A stretch of 64,000 nucleotides of DNA from Flaccisagitta enflata. Taxonomy: Eukaryota. A model generated the notes under the pieces. It was given only the letters and a program-made list of their open reading frames with translations. It was not told the origin of the DNA and did no database searches. The position numbers were made by a program, and so were the translations under genes. The stretch spans positions 8,122,001 through 8,186,000 of the forward strand of contig OZ231126.1 in assembly GCA_965153355.1 (NCBI GenBank), in the 5' to 3' direction. The first letter of the stretch is position 1, and each line of letters opens with the position of its first letter. Shown piece after piece: positions 1-13,690 of this stretch.

Positions 1-216
1 TTTCATACACCTCCCTAGTCCCCTCTCAGCTGACTCCTATAATTACATAAAAGTTTCCTTCGTTCCTCCGTTGTTTCTCCCTCTAATTCTACCTCATTCT
101 CGGTTTCTCTCTTACGTCTCCTCGTTTCCATACGCTCAACTTCCCCCCCTCCCTCCCAAGATCACCTTCACTCTATTCAATATCCAAAAATCCCTTTCTA
201 CTCCTCGTCCCATGCA

Positions 217-400
217 TTTTAGTCGCGAACGAGCGACTCGACACCTTGTGGTGCAAGGCGGTTTGAGCCTTTTGGGGTGGTTGCTTGGTGGTTAGAGGCT
301 GGGTATGGGAATTTTGTTTAGCTGGGCTGATCTGGCTCATAGTGTGGTGTCGGTCCGTCCGTCCGTCGGCCCGAAATATTTCTAAATATGCCAGTGGTTT
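217..400 (+). mobile_element. Family A HINE 5' end; extent uncertain
   Basis: TTTTAGTCGCGAACGAGCGACTC followed by GTCGGTCCGTCCGTCC. Confidence 0.5.
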
Positions 401-574
401 TTGTCCGCGACGGAATATCATTCCGACGCGGACTATAATTCAAAGCGGATGGGTGTCGTTGTCGTCGTCGTTGTCGTCGTAAAAAATGGGTAACTTTTGT
501 ATGCTTTGACCCATATTTGGTGGGAAAATGTATTACGGTAAGGCGCTTTACATCCTATCCAATTTTTATGATCC

Positions 575-1215
575 GACCAACCCAACCGGACCAACCAGCC
601 TACCGGCCTAAAAGTGAAAAACGTGCATAACTTTGGCATTTTTCAACTGATTTGGTTGAAATTTGGTATGGAGTCTTTAAATGGAAGGACTCAACAAATG
701 TGTGTGATTTATATGCATTTGAGCATGCTAACCGGCCAAACTGACCTACCACCCAACCAGCATACCGGCCTAAAAGTGAAAAACTTGCATAATTTTATCA
801 TTTTTCAACTAATTTAGTTGAAACTTGGTATGGGGTCTCTAAATGGAAGAACTCAACATATGCGCACTATTTATCCTGTCAAACCAGCCTACCACCCAAC
901 CAGCCTACCAGCCAAAAAGTGAAAAATGTGCATATCTTTGGCGTTTTTCAACCAATTTGGTTGAAATTTGGTATGGAGTCTCTAAATGGAAGGACTCAAC
1001 ACATGTATGTGATTTATTCATGTTTGAGCATGATAACCAGCCAAACCGACCTACCACCCAACCAGCTTACCGGCCTAAAAGTGAAAAACTTACATGAATT
1101 GGACATTTTTCAACCAAATTGGTTGAAACTTGGTATGGATTCTCTAAATGGAAGAACTCCACATACGCACACTATTTATCCAAACCAGCCTACCACCCAA
1201 CCACCCTACTACAAC
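575..1215. repeat. ~162-bp tandem repeat, ~4 units; same family as the arms of 25223-27970
   Basis: CCAACCAGC...GGCCTAAAAGTGAAAAA recurs at 591, 753, ~896 and ~1059. Confidence 0.85.
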
Positions 1216-1471
1216 CTTGGAAAAAAGTATACCGACAACTTCAACTAAAGATATCTCCGCTTCTAGAAAGGCTAGAAACTTTAAAAAAAAAAAAGGAATT
1301 AATCTTTGCCAAATTATCTTCTGAATGAATGCAATCTGGTTCTTGTAGCTTTAACCGTTTAGAAATGGCAAGCAAAAGAGTAAAAACATTCCTTTTCCAA
1401 AATGCGAAAAAATCAAAAAAGAAGTAGTCAATTTTTTACTGGGTTTCTATTAAAGATACGTTCCCCTTTCA

Positions 1472-1509
<38 letters not shown>

Positions 1510-1833
1510 TTTCATTCTCCCTACCATCACCTGTTACACACCTCACTGCCTCCTTCTGTTTCTCTTTCCATTTCCTCTTCCTGTCACTCAACTTCATTCT
1601 CTCTCGTCCGGCCGTCCTCTCTCCCTTTCCCTCGCTCTTCCTCAACATTAATCCCCTACCTCCCCTTCTTCTCCTTCTCCCTCTCTCAGCACTGGCCTCT
1701 TCCCTCCCCTCTCTCCCTCCCTGCCCTCCCTCACTCCTTCAACATCGGTATTTCTCCCCTCATCATAGTCGTCATAATCAATTTGTCCTTTTACTTTCAA
1801 ATCTTGACTTTTCGCACAAACATTTTTGTGATC

Positions 1834-2040
<207 letters not shown>

Positions 2041-2134
2041 AACTCTTCGTTTTCCAAAAGAGTCAAGATCATGATCACAGGTTACAACCTCCACTTAGGG
2101 TTAAACACTTCGGGTTAACGATATTGTTTTCGTA

Positions 2135-2957
2135 TTTTTAGGTACGACCTCAATAATTGGCTGTGCCTGTTGGTTGGTTGGTCTGTCGGTCGGGAACGCA
2201 TTCGTTCGACGATCCACACGTGGAACCTATTGGCCTACTTGGCCTTGTTTTTAGATGCGTCCCCGCATCTCTTTAATAGGCTGTGTCCGTCGGTTGGTTG
2301 GTCGGTCGTTTGGTTTGTTGGTTGGTAAGGCATTCATTAGAAACGCCAAAATCATGCATCTTTAGTCGCGTGCTACGCGACTCTACACCCTGCGCGTGTC
2401 CGTCTGTCCGTCTGTCCGTCCGTCTGTCCGTCCGCCTCCGTCCGTTCGTTCGCCCGTCCGTCATCTTCCGTTCGTCTGGTCCGTCTGTCCGTCCGTCCGT
2501 CATCTGCCGTCATCGTTCCGTCCGTTCGTCCGTCCGTCCATCCGTCCGTCCGTCCGTCCGTCTGTCTGTCCGTCCATCCGTCCGTCGTCCATCCGTCCGT
2601 CCGTCCATCCGTCCGTCCGTCCGTCCGTCCGTCACACTTTACTTTTTGGGGTTTTTGGGGTTTTTGGCTTCACTGCTCCTGCCCAAATGATCTGGTGACC
2701 TCAATTACGGCTCCTGCCCACCCGCACGCGACTGGGGTAGCCGTGTATCCAGCCTTGTTTCAACAGAAAAGTGGTTCTAACCCAGTAAAAGTAGCAAACA
2801 TTTAGTGATTCACTCATTAAATCATTTATTCATTAATAGATGATGTTAATTTATTAAAAACATTTATTCATAAAAACATTCATTCATAAAAACTTTTATT
2901 CATGAAAACACTCATTCATAAAAACATTCATTCAAAGAGGACGCATCCTTGGCCTAC
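2135..2957 (+). mobile_element. Two head-to-tail family B HINEs (2135-2248 and 2248-2957); the second hosts a family A copy
   Basis: TTTTAGATGCG...CGCATCT hairpin, (GGTT)n tract, 3' GGACGCATC / TTGGCCTACTTGGCCTTGTT. Confidence 0.7.
2361..2759 (+). mobile_element. HINE/DINE-1-like element, family A (reference copy), nested in a family B copy
   Basis: 5' T-run plus AGTCGCGT-GCT-ACGCGACT hairpin, (GTCC)n tract, subterminal ACGCGACT, 3' GCCGTGTATCCAGCCTTGTT stem-loop end; no TSD, inserted at TT. Confidence 0.75.
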
Positions 2958-3156
2958 GATAAATGAAAGCCGGTGGCTGTTAAAAATGATGAGATGGGAT
3001 TTACGGGGGTCACTTTTCTAAAAACGTTGAAGTGCGTTTATTTGCTCTTATCTTGGGATTATCTGCATAAGATTGTTGTTTATCAACTGAAATTTCATGT
3101 TGGGAATTCGCGCACGAAACCGTTTCTTCCTTGTCTTTTGTATCTCTCTATAAAGA

Positions 3157-3471
3157 ACAAGGCCAAGTAGGCCAACGATGCGTCCTCTTTGAATGAACGT
3201 TTTTTATGAATGAATGATTTTTTTATGAATGAATGTCATTTGTGAATGAATGAATGATTAAATGAATGAATTACTTGATGTATGCTTCTTTTACTGGGGT
3301 AGAACCACTTTTCTGTTGAAGAAATACTTGATTTTGATGTTTCTAATGAATGCGTTACCAACCAACCAACCAACCAACCAACCAACCAACCAACCAACCA
3401 ACCAACCAACCAACCAACCAACCAACCAACGGACACAGCCTATTATAGAGATGCGAGGACGCATCTAAAAA
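3157..3471 (-). mobile_element. Family B HINE (uninterrupted)
   Basis: AACAAGGCCAAGTAGGCCAACGATGCGTCC...(CCAA)n...AGATGCGAGGACGCATCTAAAA. Confidence 0.8.
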
Positions 3472-4260
3472 TCATACAGTTGAGCTCCGCTAGAGCGCAT
3501 GCTAAGGGATAGTGACTGGATAAAATTATGCCTTATACTGAAGCTGCCTTATTGCTAACATTGTAATAACTATGAAATCTTTCATGGAACTCAAAGTAGG
3601 CGGGCATACCTTAACACCTGTGCCACAAATATTGTCAAGGAAGTAGTACAACTGTAGATACATCATCACTGGTGTTGAGAAACAATATGAATCCCTAGAG
3701 TTGGATATTAGTAATGTTTCTTCTGATGTATTTTGAATAAATTTTCATAATTGGCCGATTTTGGTTGCTTATTCATATCTTTAACACAAGTTGACCACTA
3801 ACTAACAACATTTAAGTCTCAATTTTTCCATGACTTTGTCTTGAATTTTGAAAACCTTCATTTTTAAAAATTCAATCGAAATCCATGAGCAAAATAAATA
3901 ACTTTTCATAAGCTTTTTAGTCGTGAAATCCGCATCTGATTATCTATCATTATATAGATTTGGTAAACATTTAAAGTTGATGAGGTTTTCCTGGTAATTT
4001 TGCAGTGATTTCCGTAGGGAATGTTTGTATTGTTTTTAATCTTTTTCGATTCTGCATGAAGCAATTTAGGCAAAATTCATGAGCAAAATGAAGGGTTTTT
4101 AAAGCTCTAACTGGTGAAAAAAATTGCATATAGTCAATAAGCTCCGTTTAGATTTGACAGTTGTTTGATCTTTTGACAATAATTGTGGCACAGGTGTTAT
4201 TAGCGGGTGCGCTCTAGCGTTGCTCCACTGTACTGAGCAATCCACGCATTGAAAGCCGAA

Positions 4261-4514
<254 letters not shown>

Positions 4515-4780
4515 ATAAGTGTTCCAATAAAAATATTCTGCACACTGTACAACCACAACATATGACCACCAATACCAGAGCACTGTGGCACCACGTCATA
4601 TCCTCACAAATACCACAAGACTGTAACACCACGTCGTATGACCCCATACGGCCATTACCCCACCTCCTCATCGTATTTATAGTGCATGAACACAAACATC
4701 ACACCACTGTGTCATTATATCATACGTCCACATCAAATCTCCGAATGCTTGTTGAGAAAACGGAAGATGAATGATTGATG

Positions 4781-5074
4781 AAACAAGTGGCGCGGGGGTC
4801 ACCATATCATTGCGGACGGGTAGGCAGGGGCATAAAACGACCATCCACACCCTTGCCCATCCCATACACACAAACACAGAACAATTCAACTGCAGCATCC
4901 AAAATGCGCGTTTTCGCACTTTTCAACACGATCATCACGGACCAATGGAACAACGGACCAACGGACCGACGGACCAGCGGACCAACGGCCTGACAGACGG
5001 ACAAAGCCTCTTTTAGAGTTGCGGACCGACGGACGGACAAAGCCTCTCATAGAGTTGCGTGTCCGCAACTAAAA
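4781..5074 (-). mobile_element. Family A-related HINE
   Basis: AACAAG...GGGTAGGCAGGGGC...(GGAC)n...AGAGTTGCGTGTCCGCAACTAAAA. Confidence 0.7.
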
Positions 5075-5155
5075 GTGAAACTTATGAGCAAGAATTTTAA
5101 GATTTGCGAAAAAGAAATTCCCAACTTTTTCATCGCGAAGCACCAAATTCTCTAA

Positions 5156-5424
5156 GGGCGTGTTTCTAGTGAGCGCCAAAAACGCGTTTGTTCCCGTGAA
5201 ACGCGATCACAGTGTGAACACATATTCAAGAATTTCAACTGTCCCACGAGGGAGCGAGCGAAGTGAGTGAGCAAGCCTGTGAACGGAGCGAGCGAGCAAA
5301 GCGAGCGTAGCGAAGCCAAGCGCTGCGGACCGAGTGAGCGGAGTGAGCGGTGCGAGCGAAAGAACGTAGCAAGCGACCGAGTGGCCCTTTCAAAACGCGA
5401 TCGTCTTTGACTGAAAACGCCCCC
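5156..5424. mobile_element. PIF/Harbinger (Tourist-like) MITE, family D
   Basis: GGGCGTGTTTCTAGT...ACTGAAAACGCCCCC; TSD TAA; internal (GAGC/GAGT)n repeats. Confidence 0.8.
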
Positions 5425-5782
5425 TAACTGCACCACGTCAACTCTTCCTTAAACTGCGCTAATTCATCCTTAAACGGCACCATTTTATCAAACCGCACAA
5501 GATTTCACCATGTATATAGCTTCATCACATACTTTGCCACACTTTGCCACACTTTGCCACACTTTGCCACACTTTGCCTCACTTTATTACACTTTGCCAC
5601 ACTTTGCTCCGCTTCATTTGCAGACGCCCTCGTGTCATGGATTGTGCCAACTTAAAACTTAATTTATGCTATACAATATTTTTTTTTCTCTTTTAGCCCC
5701 TCTGCGGTCCTCAATTGATCCATAGAGAGTTTGGCGGAGTAAGATTTCACATTTTGCCTTTAAAATTTCCTCTCTTTCTCTC

Positions 5783-5904
<122 letters not shown>

Positions 5905-6731
5905 ATAACATTTTTGCCCAGGTCATCCGGCGCTTTAATTGAAACACAGAGATGGAAAAAAAATGAGCAAAAGAAAAAGAAAAAACAAAAGAATGAGAAA
6001 AAAAATAATGAAAAAGTAAACATCCGAAGGCCGGCGTTTTTTACTTTTATTTTTTTTTTTCTAAAGACTTTTTTTCATAATTTTTCCCCCACGTCGGCAG
6101 CTAACTTTAATATATCGACATATCGGCGGCATCTATATAAAACCATTCATGCCGGCTGTTTCGGGTGAAAAGAGAAAAAAAGATAGAAAAGAATAAAAAA
6201 AGATGAGAGCTCTAATCAGTTAATTAGCCAATCAGCAGCGAGAATGAGGCTAATCAACCAATCACATGGGTCGAAGATATGGGTGGGGGTGTTTAAGGAA
6301 CAACATGAAGGAATGGGGGGGGGGGATGGCTGGGTTGAAGATGCAGAATCTCAAAAGAGTTAAAAAAAAAGAAAAGAAAGATCGGTTCAATTGAGGGTCT
6401 GTGGGCCAGATATGGAGTTCTCGACATTAGAATGAAACCATTAAAAATTTAAAAATTTTAGTCATAAATATACGTTTTAAATGGATACAAACGCCGCACA
6501 GCTATTAAAACGATTAAGATTTGGATACTATACAATAAAAAAAAGAACAACTTTTTTCACAATGGGCAGAGAAAATATGAGAAGGAATGAGTCGTTAAAA
6601 AAAAGCATCAGTCGTACGAAGAAATAATGAAGAATAGGAGCAGGAAAAGAAGAAGGAAAAGAGAAAGAGGAAGACAGAGAAAAGGGAAAATTAGAGAAAA
6701 ATAGACCGCAAAAAAGAAAAAAACACAATAA

Positions 6732-6762
<31 letters not shown>

Positions 6763-7129
6763 AACACACAAGAAAATGAGACACTGATAGATAGGTACAG
6801 ACAGATAGACGGATAGACATTCGCAAAAAAAGCCAAAATGAAACGGAGAAAAAGATACAGAAAATGAGACACAGATAGACAGACAGATAGACGAATAGAT
6901 ATTTGCACATTTCATACACACGTACTGACAGAAAGACACAAACCCAAATTCTGACATTAAGTAAAAGCGAGAGACAAGAGGAAAAGAAACATTTTTGGCA
7001 TAACGCGGATCATTTCTGCATTTATGTCTTTAAAAATGTGATCAGCACATTCTTTCATTAAACTAAAATGATTAGTTAAAGTTGAAATAATTTGTTTTAT
7101 GATTTTTTGCCTTCCTTTTTTTTAAGACA

Positions 7130-8370
7130 CTGATTTATGAGCTTTTCATCAGTGTCTGGGGGCCGAGGACAGGCCCAAGAAAAGACGATGAAAGAAACAT
7201 TTGAGTAACGGGCAGATTATATTCATTAGATCATTCATTCATTAACTCATTCATTCCATTCATTCATTCATTCAATTCATTCATTCAATTCATTCATTCA
7301 TTCACTCATTCATTCATTCACTGATTCATGAGCTTTTCATCAGCGTCTGGGTCGAGGACAGGCACAAGAAAAGACGATTAAAGGCATATTAAGGTAAAGG
7401 GTAGATTAAATTCATTAAATCATTCATTCATTTATTCATTACTTCCTTCAATCATATCAATCATTCATTCAATACATTCGTTCATTCATTGAATCCATCC
7501 ATTCATTTATTCGTTCATCCATTCATCCATTCATTCATTCCTTACTTCCTCGATTTATAAATTGATTCATTCGGTTAATTCATTCATTTATTCATTCATT
7601 CCTTCATTCATTCATTCATGCATTCATTCATTCATTCATTCATTCATTCATTTAATCAATCCATTCAGTCATTCATTTATTCATTCATTCATTCATTCAT
7701 TCATTCATTCATTCATTCATTCATTCATTCATTCATTCATTCATTCATTCACTCATTCATTTCTTTCCTCCTTCCTTCCTTCCTTCCTCCCTCACTCCCT
7801 CCCTTCCTTCCTTCCCTCCTTCCTTCCTTCCTTCCTTTCTTCCTTCCTTCTTTCTTTCTTTCTTTCCATCCTTCCTTCCTTCTTTCTTTCCTTCCTTCCT
7901 CCCTTCCTTTCTTCTTTCATTCCTTCCTCCCTTTATTCATTCATTCATTCATTCATTTATTCATTCATTCTTTCATTCCCTTCCTACTTCATTCATTCAT
8001 TCATTCATTCATTTTTTCCTTCATTCATTATTTCTTTCATTCATTCATTCATTCATTCTTTCATTCATTCATTCATTCATTCATTCATTCATTCATTCAT
8101 TCATTCACTCATTCATTCATTCACTGATTCATGAGCTTTTCATCAGCGTCTGGGTCGAGGACAGGCACAAGAAAAGACGATTAAAGGCATATTAAGGTAA
8201 AGGGTAGATTACATTCATTAAATCATTCATTCATTTATTCATTACTTCCTTCAATCATATCAATCATTCATTCATTCATTCATTCATTCATTCATTCATT
8301 CATTCATTCATTCATTCTGGGCTGGGTCGAGGAGACAACAGAGGAAAGACGAAGAAAGAAATTGTTGCGC
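7130..8370. repeat. Four copies of a ~90-150 bp core separated by variable (ATTC)n/(CTTC)n tracts
   Basis: TGAGCTTTTCATCAG.GTCTGG...GAGGACAGG at ~7138, 7329 and 8132; truncated copy at ~8320. Confidence 0.8.
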
Positions 8371-9483
8371 AAGGCCAAATTTCTATTCTCGTTGTATTTA
8401 AATGCCATTTGCTTATATCTATACAATTAGCCCCATCAGAGCAATTTTGGCATTTCATTCCCAGTATCGAGTTTCAGCTTAAAAACTAACTAAAATTGAC
8501 ATCTTTTGAATTTTGCTAAGAATGCAATTTTTTACCTTTTTTTTAGCTAGAAATCAAGACTGGGAATGAAATTCCAAGATCGCTCCGATGCGGCTGATTG
8601 TATTGATATAAGCTTCCCTTCTCTTTCTAATATGTCTTTCTTCATTCTGCGATTGAGGCTGTTGGGGGGGGGGGGGGGGGCTACAGTCTTTTTTTTGGGG
8701 GGGGGGTAACTTCTTGTATTTCACTTTCGTCGGTAATTTTGAGGTTTTCAATTTAAATCTTTCAAGGGCAACCTTCATTGAAAAAGCTCTCAAATCTAAA
8801 CGGATTGACCAGAATCATTCTGCTTGGCCTCATTATTAGATTACATTGTTTACGAATTTTTTGACGGTTGACAATATTGAAGGCTGCAGATAAACATATG
8901 TCTCGGAATTTAACAAAAGACAGATTTGATGCCATTCTTATTTCTTTGGATGCTGAAGGCAAGAGCTTGTGTTAGCGTACGGTCAACGTGTCGCGATGAA
9001 AAACCGCCTCTCTATGGATTTAGGGCAACACGTAGATAGGCAGGGGCAGTGATGTGAAAACTAAAAGCGATCGCAATCAAAATTGAACATTTAAGTTATC
9101 TGCGTGTCCTTATCGAAATAGATAGAAAAGTGTTGGCGCGAGAGAAGATCTATATCAATTTGAATTTCACAGCATGTCACCCAAAGGAGAGAAAGAATTC
9201 AAAAAGGATTACATTGTTCCGTCTCCATTACATCCTTGAGTAACACTCTCAATGCTCACACCTGATGCTTAAATCCTAGCCAAGCGTAGGTCATCGGCTC
9301 CTTCGAGGCCGCTGCCTCTCTCACCTCCACATCCAACATACACTAACGCCTTCTCAGGGGCAACGGATACCGCTGACCATCTGACGCGTTTGCGACTACT
9401 ATTCTATCTTTCTCTCTCTCTTTCTTTCTTTCTGTCTTTTTTTTTCTTCCTCTCAGTCTCGTGTCTTTCTTTCTTTCTTTTTT

Positions 9484-9535
<52 letters not shown>

Positions 9536-9541
9536 TCCTCC

Positions 9542-10261
<720 letters not shown>

Positions 10262-10523
10262 ATACACCACTCCCTTGATGCTAGCTCTAGCTTTTGGTCT
10301 AGCTTACCCACACACAAAAACATGAACACGATTAATTCACAATTTACTGTTAAAATAAAGAAAGCAAAAGTTTGATTGGAAAGAAAACACTCAAGGCGGC
10401 GGCAGCACTAACACACAGAAAGAAAGAGAGCGACAGTGGCAGAGACACAAAGAAACAAACGAACAATAACAAATCAAACAAACAAACAAACAAAACAAGA
10501 CCACACCACACCCTCAAATAATG

Positions 10524-10607
<84 letters not shown>

Positions 10608-11228
10608 GCGCGCACTCATTCGCGCACTCATAGGCGCACATAAAGACGCACAAACTCAACACAACGCCCAAGAAATGAATATCAATGTTAAATGTTCCAT
10701 CTAATCACCAACCTTTGATATCATATATTAACATGATTATGTTATTATACAGTATGATTTTTCTGAACTGTTACAAAAGATGAAGACATTATGCAAAAAC
10801 TAGAAGGGCTAGCCAAATTCTGAAAGAAGTTCTAAGAAGATGAGAGTTTGCAGTTATTTGCTTAGAGATTCCAAGGGTTTTTTTAGAAAAAAAATTGATA
10901 TCCATATTACTCCTTCAATTGGGATAGAAATTTTGAAAAGTGGAAAAATTGAAAAAGATTGTAGAGATATCGGCTGAACTGTTTTTTTCTAAATCACTCT
11001 CGTTTCCAAACGGTTTGAGCTACAGATGCCAGATTGGTCCCATATGAAAGCTATTTCAAGTACTTTTTGGGAACAACTCAACAGACAGACTTTTTCTGAG
11101 TTTTGAATGCATTTGGTTAACTGATTGTCAATTCTGCAAACAATTTTTTCCTGAAACAACAAAATCGTTCATGTTTGGCGGGATAAGTCTTTGAAAATAT
11201 CGCTGTCTTGGTTTTTCTCATAAAACTA

Positions 11229-11405
11229 CAGTTGAACCCCGCTCTAACGGATTTCAGGGGACCAACAGTTTTCTTCTGTTATAGGCGGACTTCTGTTATT
11301 GCCAACAAGGGAAATAAAAGAAATTAACTTGAAGGGACCATGAATTTGTGTCTGTTATTGGCGGAATTCCGTTGGTGGCGGGTCCGTTAGAGTGGGGTTC
11401 AACTG
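11229..11405. mobile_element. pogo/Tigger-like MITE (177 bp)
   Basis: TIR CAGTTGAACCCCGCTCTAACGGA / TCCGTTAGAGTGGGGTTCAACTG with TA TSD; absent from the opposite arm of the foldback. Confidence 0.85.
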
Positions 11406-11826
11406 TATATAGAAATATCTTTCATTTGAGACCACACACTGTCACGATACATAGACAAAGACAGTTTTGAGTGCCCAGAGCCGCGACCGGTGCTGAAATG
11501 TCATATACCACTTGTGGAACACCAATCACCTGCTGGGAAATTTTTTTGAAGGCAAAAAATTGACTATTCCATGTTTTTATCCAACCTCTGTTTGGGCAGT
11601 ATGTCGCTTGATTTTTACACGCACACTGGAGGATATCAGTCATGTTTTCCAAGTACCTCTTTTGATCTTGAAACCATTAGAAAATACATAAGATTTCTAG
11701 TTGCTGACTGGCTACAGGAGGCTTTTTCTGCCTGTTTGTCTGCCCATAGGTCAGTCCATCAGTCCATTGATTGGTCCAATATGCTAAAGTTGAAAAATAT
11801 GAAATTGCGCACTTAAGACGCCTCGG

Positions 11827-11886
<60 letters not shown>

Positions 11887-12998
11887 AGGCACACCTCCAC
11901 ACCCACATGTGATGACCTTGTCGGGAAAAAAGTTGAAGTCAGTCTGACTTTTTGACATATTAGAGAGAAACGTGGTTTTTATTTTCTTATGCAGAAGTTG
12001 AGGAACTGATCTGACTGATTGGTGCCTCCAATGAAATTTATGGAGTAAGTAAATTTGATAATTCTCTTTCATTTGGGGCCAAGCAGAATTCTTTATGACA
12101 AATATTTTCCAAGTTAAGAATTTTTAAAGATTTTTTATGAAAAAAATTTATTGAATTTTTTTAGATTTTTAATGATATTGTGTAGGATCAATAAAGGATT
12201 GTATTCAAGTTTGTTTGGGCATGCAAATACAAGAAAACTTGTTTGTGAGTATAGCTGCTCATCTGTTAGGGTGTTTTTGAGCATTCTAGCTCATTTAGCT
12301 CTGTCTTTTTTTTTCTGATTAAAAATGCGATAAATGAATAAATGTTTTGAAATATATGTTCATGCAAGCAAATACAAGAAAGCATGTCAGTGAGCATAGC
12401 TGCTCATCTGTTAGGGTGTTTTTAAGTATTTTAGCTCATTTAGCTGATTTAGCTCAGCTTCTTTATTTTCAATGGGTAAAAACAGATATTTTTATGTGAG
12501 CGATAGAATGCATAATTTCTAAGATTTCTCATTTCTCTCATAGTTTACTTCCATGAACAAACTTCAACTACGGTTATTTTGGCTTCTAGAAAAGCTAGAG
12601 AGTTTTGTGAAAAAAGAAATTAATCTCACCGACAAAATGATTGCAACCTGGTCCCTGTAGGTTTAATTGTTTGGAAACGACAAACGAAAGACTCAGAACT
12701 ATCACTTTTAAGATTGGAGAAAAAAAGTTAGGAGAAAACTAACTAGGTCAGATACACCGCCAATAAGCATTTGCAAGCGGGTAGGCAGGGGCAGCAATGC
12801 GGGAGGGCAGGGGCAGTAAAGTGGGTAGGGTAGCAGTAGCGAAGGGTAGGGTGGGGGCTGTTATGTGGCCAGGAAGGAGCAGTAATGGTCAGGAATCACT
12901 ACAAACTGGACAGACAGGGAGAGATACGGGCTGCTAAATCCAAAGAAAGAAAGACAGACAGACAAGAAGACCGATAGGCAGGTAGGGGTGGACATATG

Positions 12999-13690
12999 AA
13001 ACAAGTAACACGGGGTCCCAATATCATTGGTGATGGGTGAGCAGGGGCATCCAACCCCCATCTACACTCCATGACTCCCTACTTACCCAAAAAAAGATCT
13101 AAAACACTTGTCTTTGGGCAGCGGCTCATAAGAGGTCGAGCCTATGCTTTCACACATATGTGAAATTTTCTTCTCCTTCTCTTTTGTTCCCCCCTCCCCC
13201 CAGCCTCCAGGCCCATATAACAGCCTCTAGGCCCATATCCAAGCCTTGAGGCCCAAATCCCGGTCCTGAGGCCCAAATCCCAGCTTCAAAGGACAAAGGC
13301 CCAATTCCCAACCCCAAGGCCCAAATTCCATCCTCAAGGGATTTGGACCTAGAGGGCCTAGAGATTGGGGAATAGAGGCTGAGATAAAGACCTGGAGGCT
13401 GGGGGGGAGGGGTGCAGAGCTAGAGGAGAAGGAGAAAAAAGAGAAGGAGGAGGAGGAGAAAATTCCCCGTATGTGTAAAAGCATAGGCCATTGACCACTT
13501 CGGGGCCGCTGCTCTGCTCCCCCCTCAACTTCAACCACAACTTACTTAAGCAGGGCATGAGTACCACTGACCATCTAACGCTTTTGCGACTATTCCACTC
13601 TTCAACTCATGCGTGATGGACGGACGGTCGGACGGACAGACAAATAGACAGACAAAACCTTTTATCGAGTTGCGTGTCCGCAACTAAAAA
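12999..13690 (-). mobile_element. Family A-related HINE interrupted by a family C copy (13112-13594)
   Basis: AACAAG end, GGGTGAGCAGGGGC motif, GAGTTGCGTGTCCGCAACTAAAA end. Confidence 0.6.

Noticed and set aside
8554..8962. Short minus-strand ORFs in unique sequence (also 19583-19816 and 53383-53568)
   Set aside because: No recognisable domain, interrupted by stops or homopolymers, and no convincing splice-site pair; a blastx search would be needed to rescue them.
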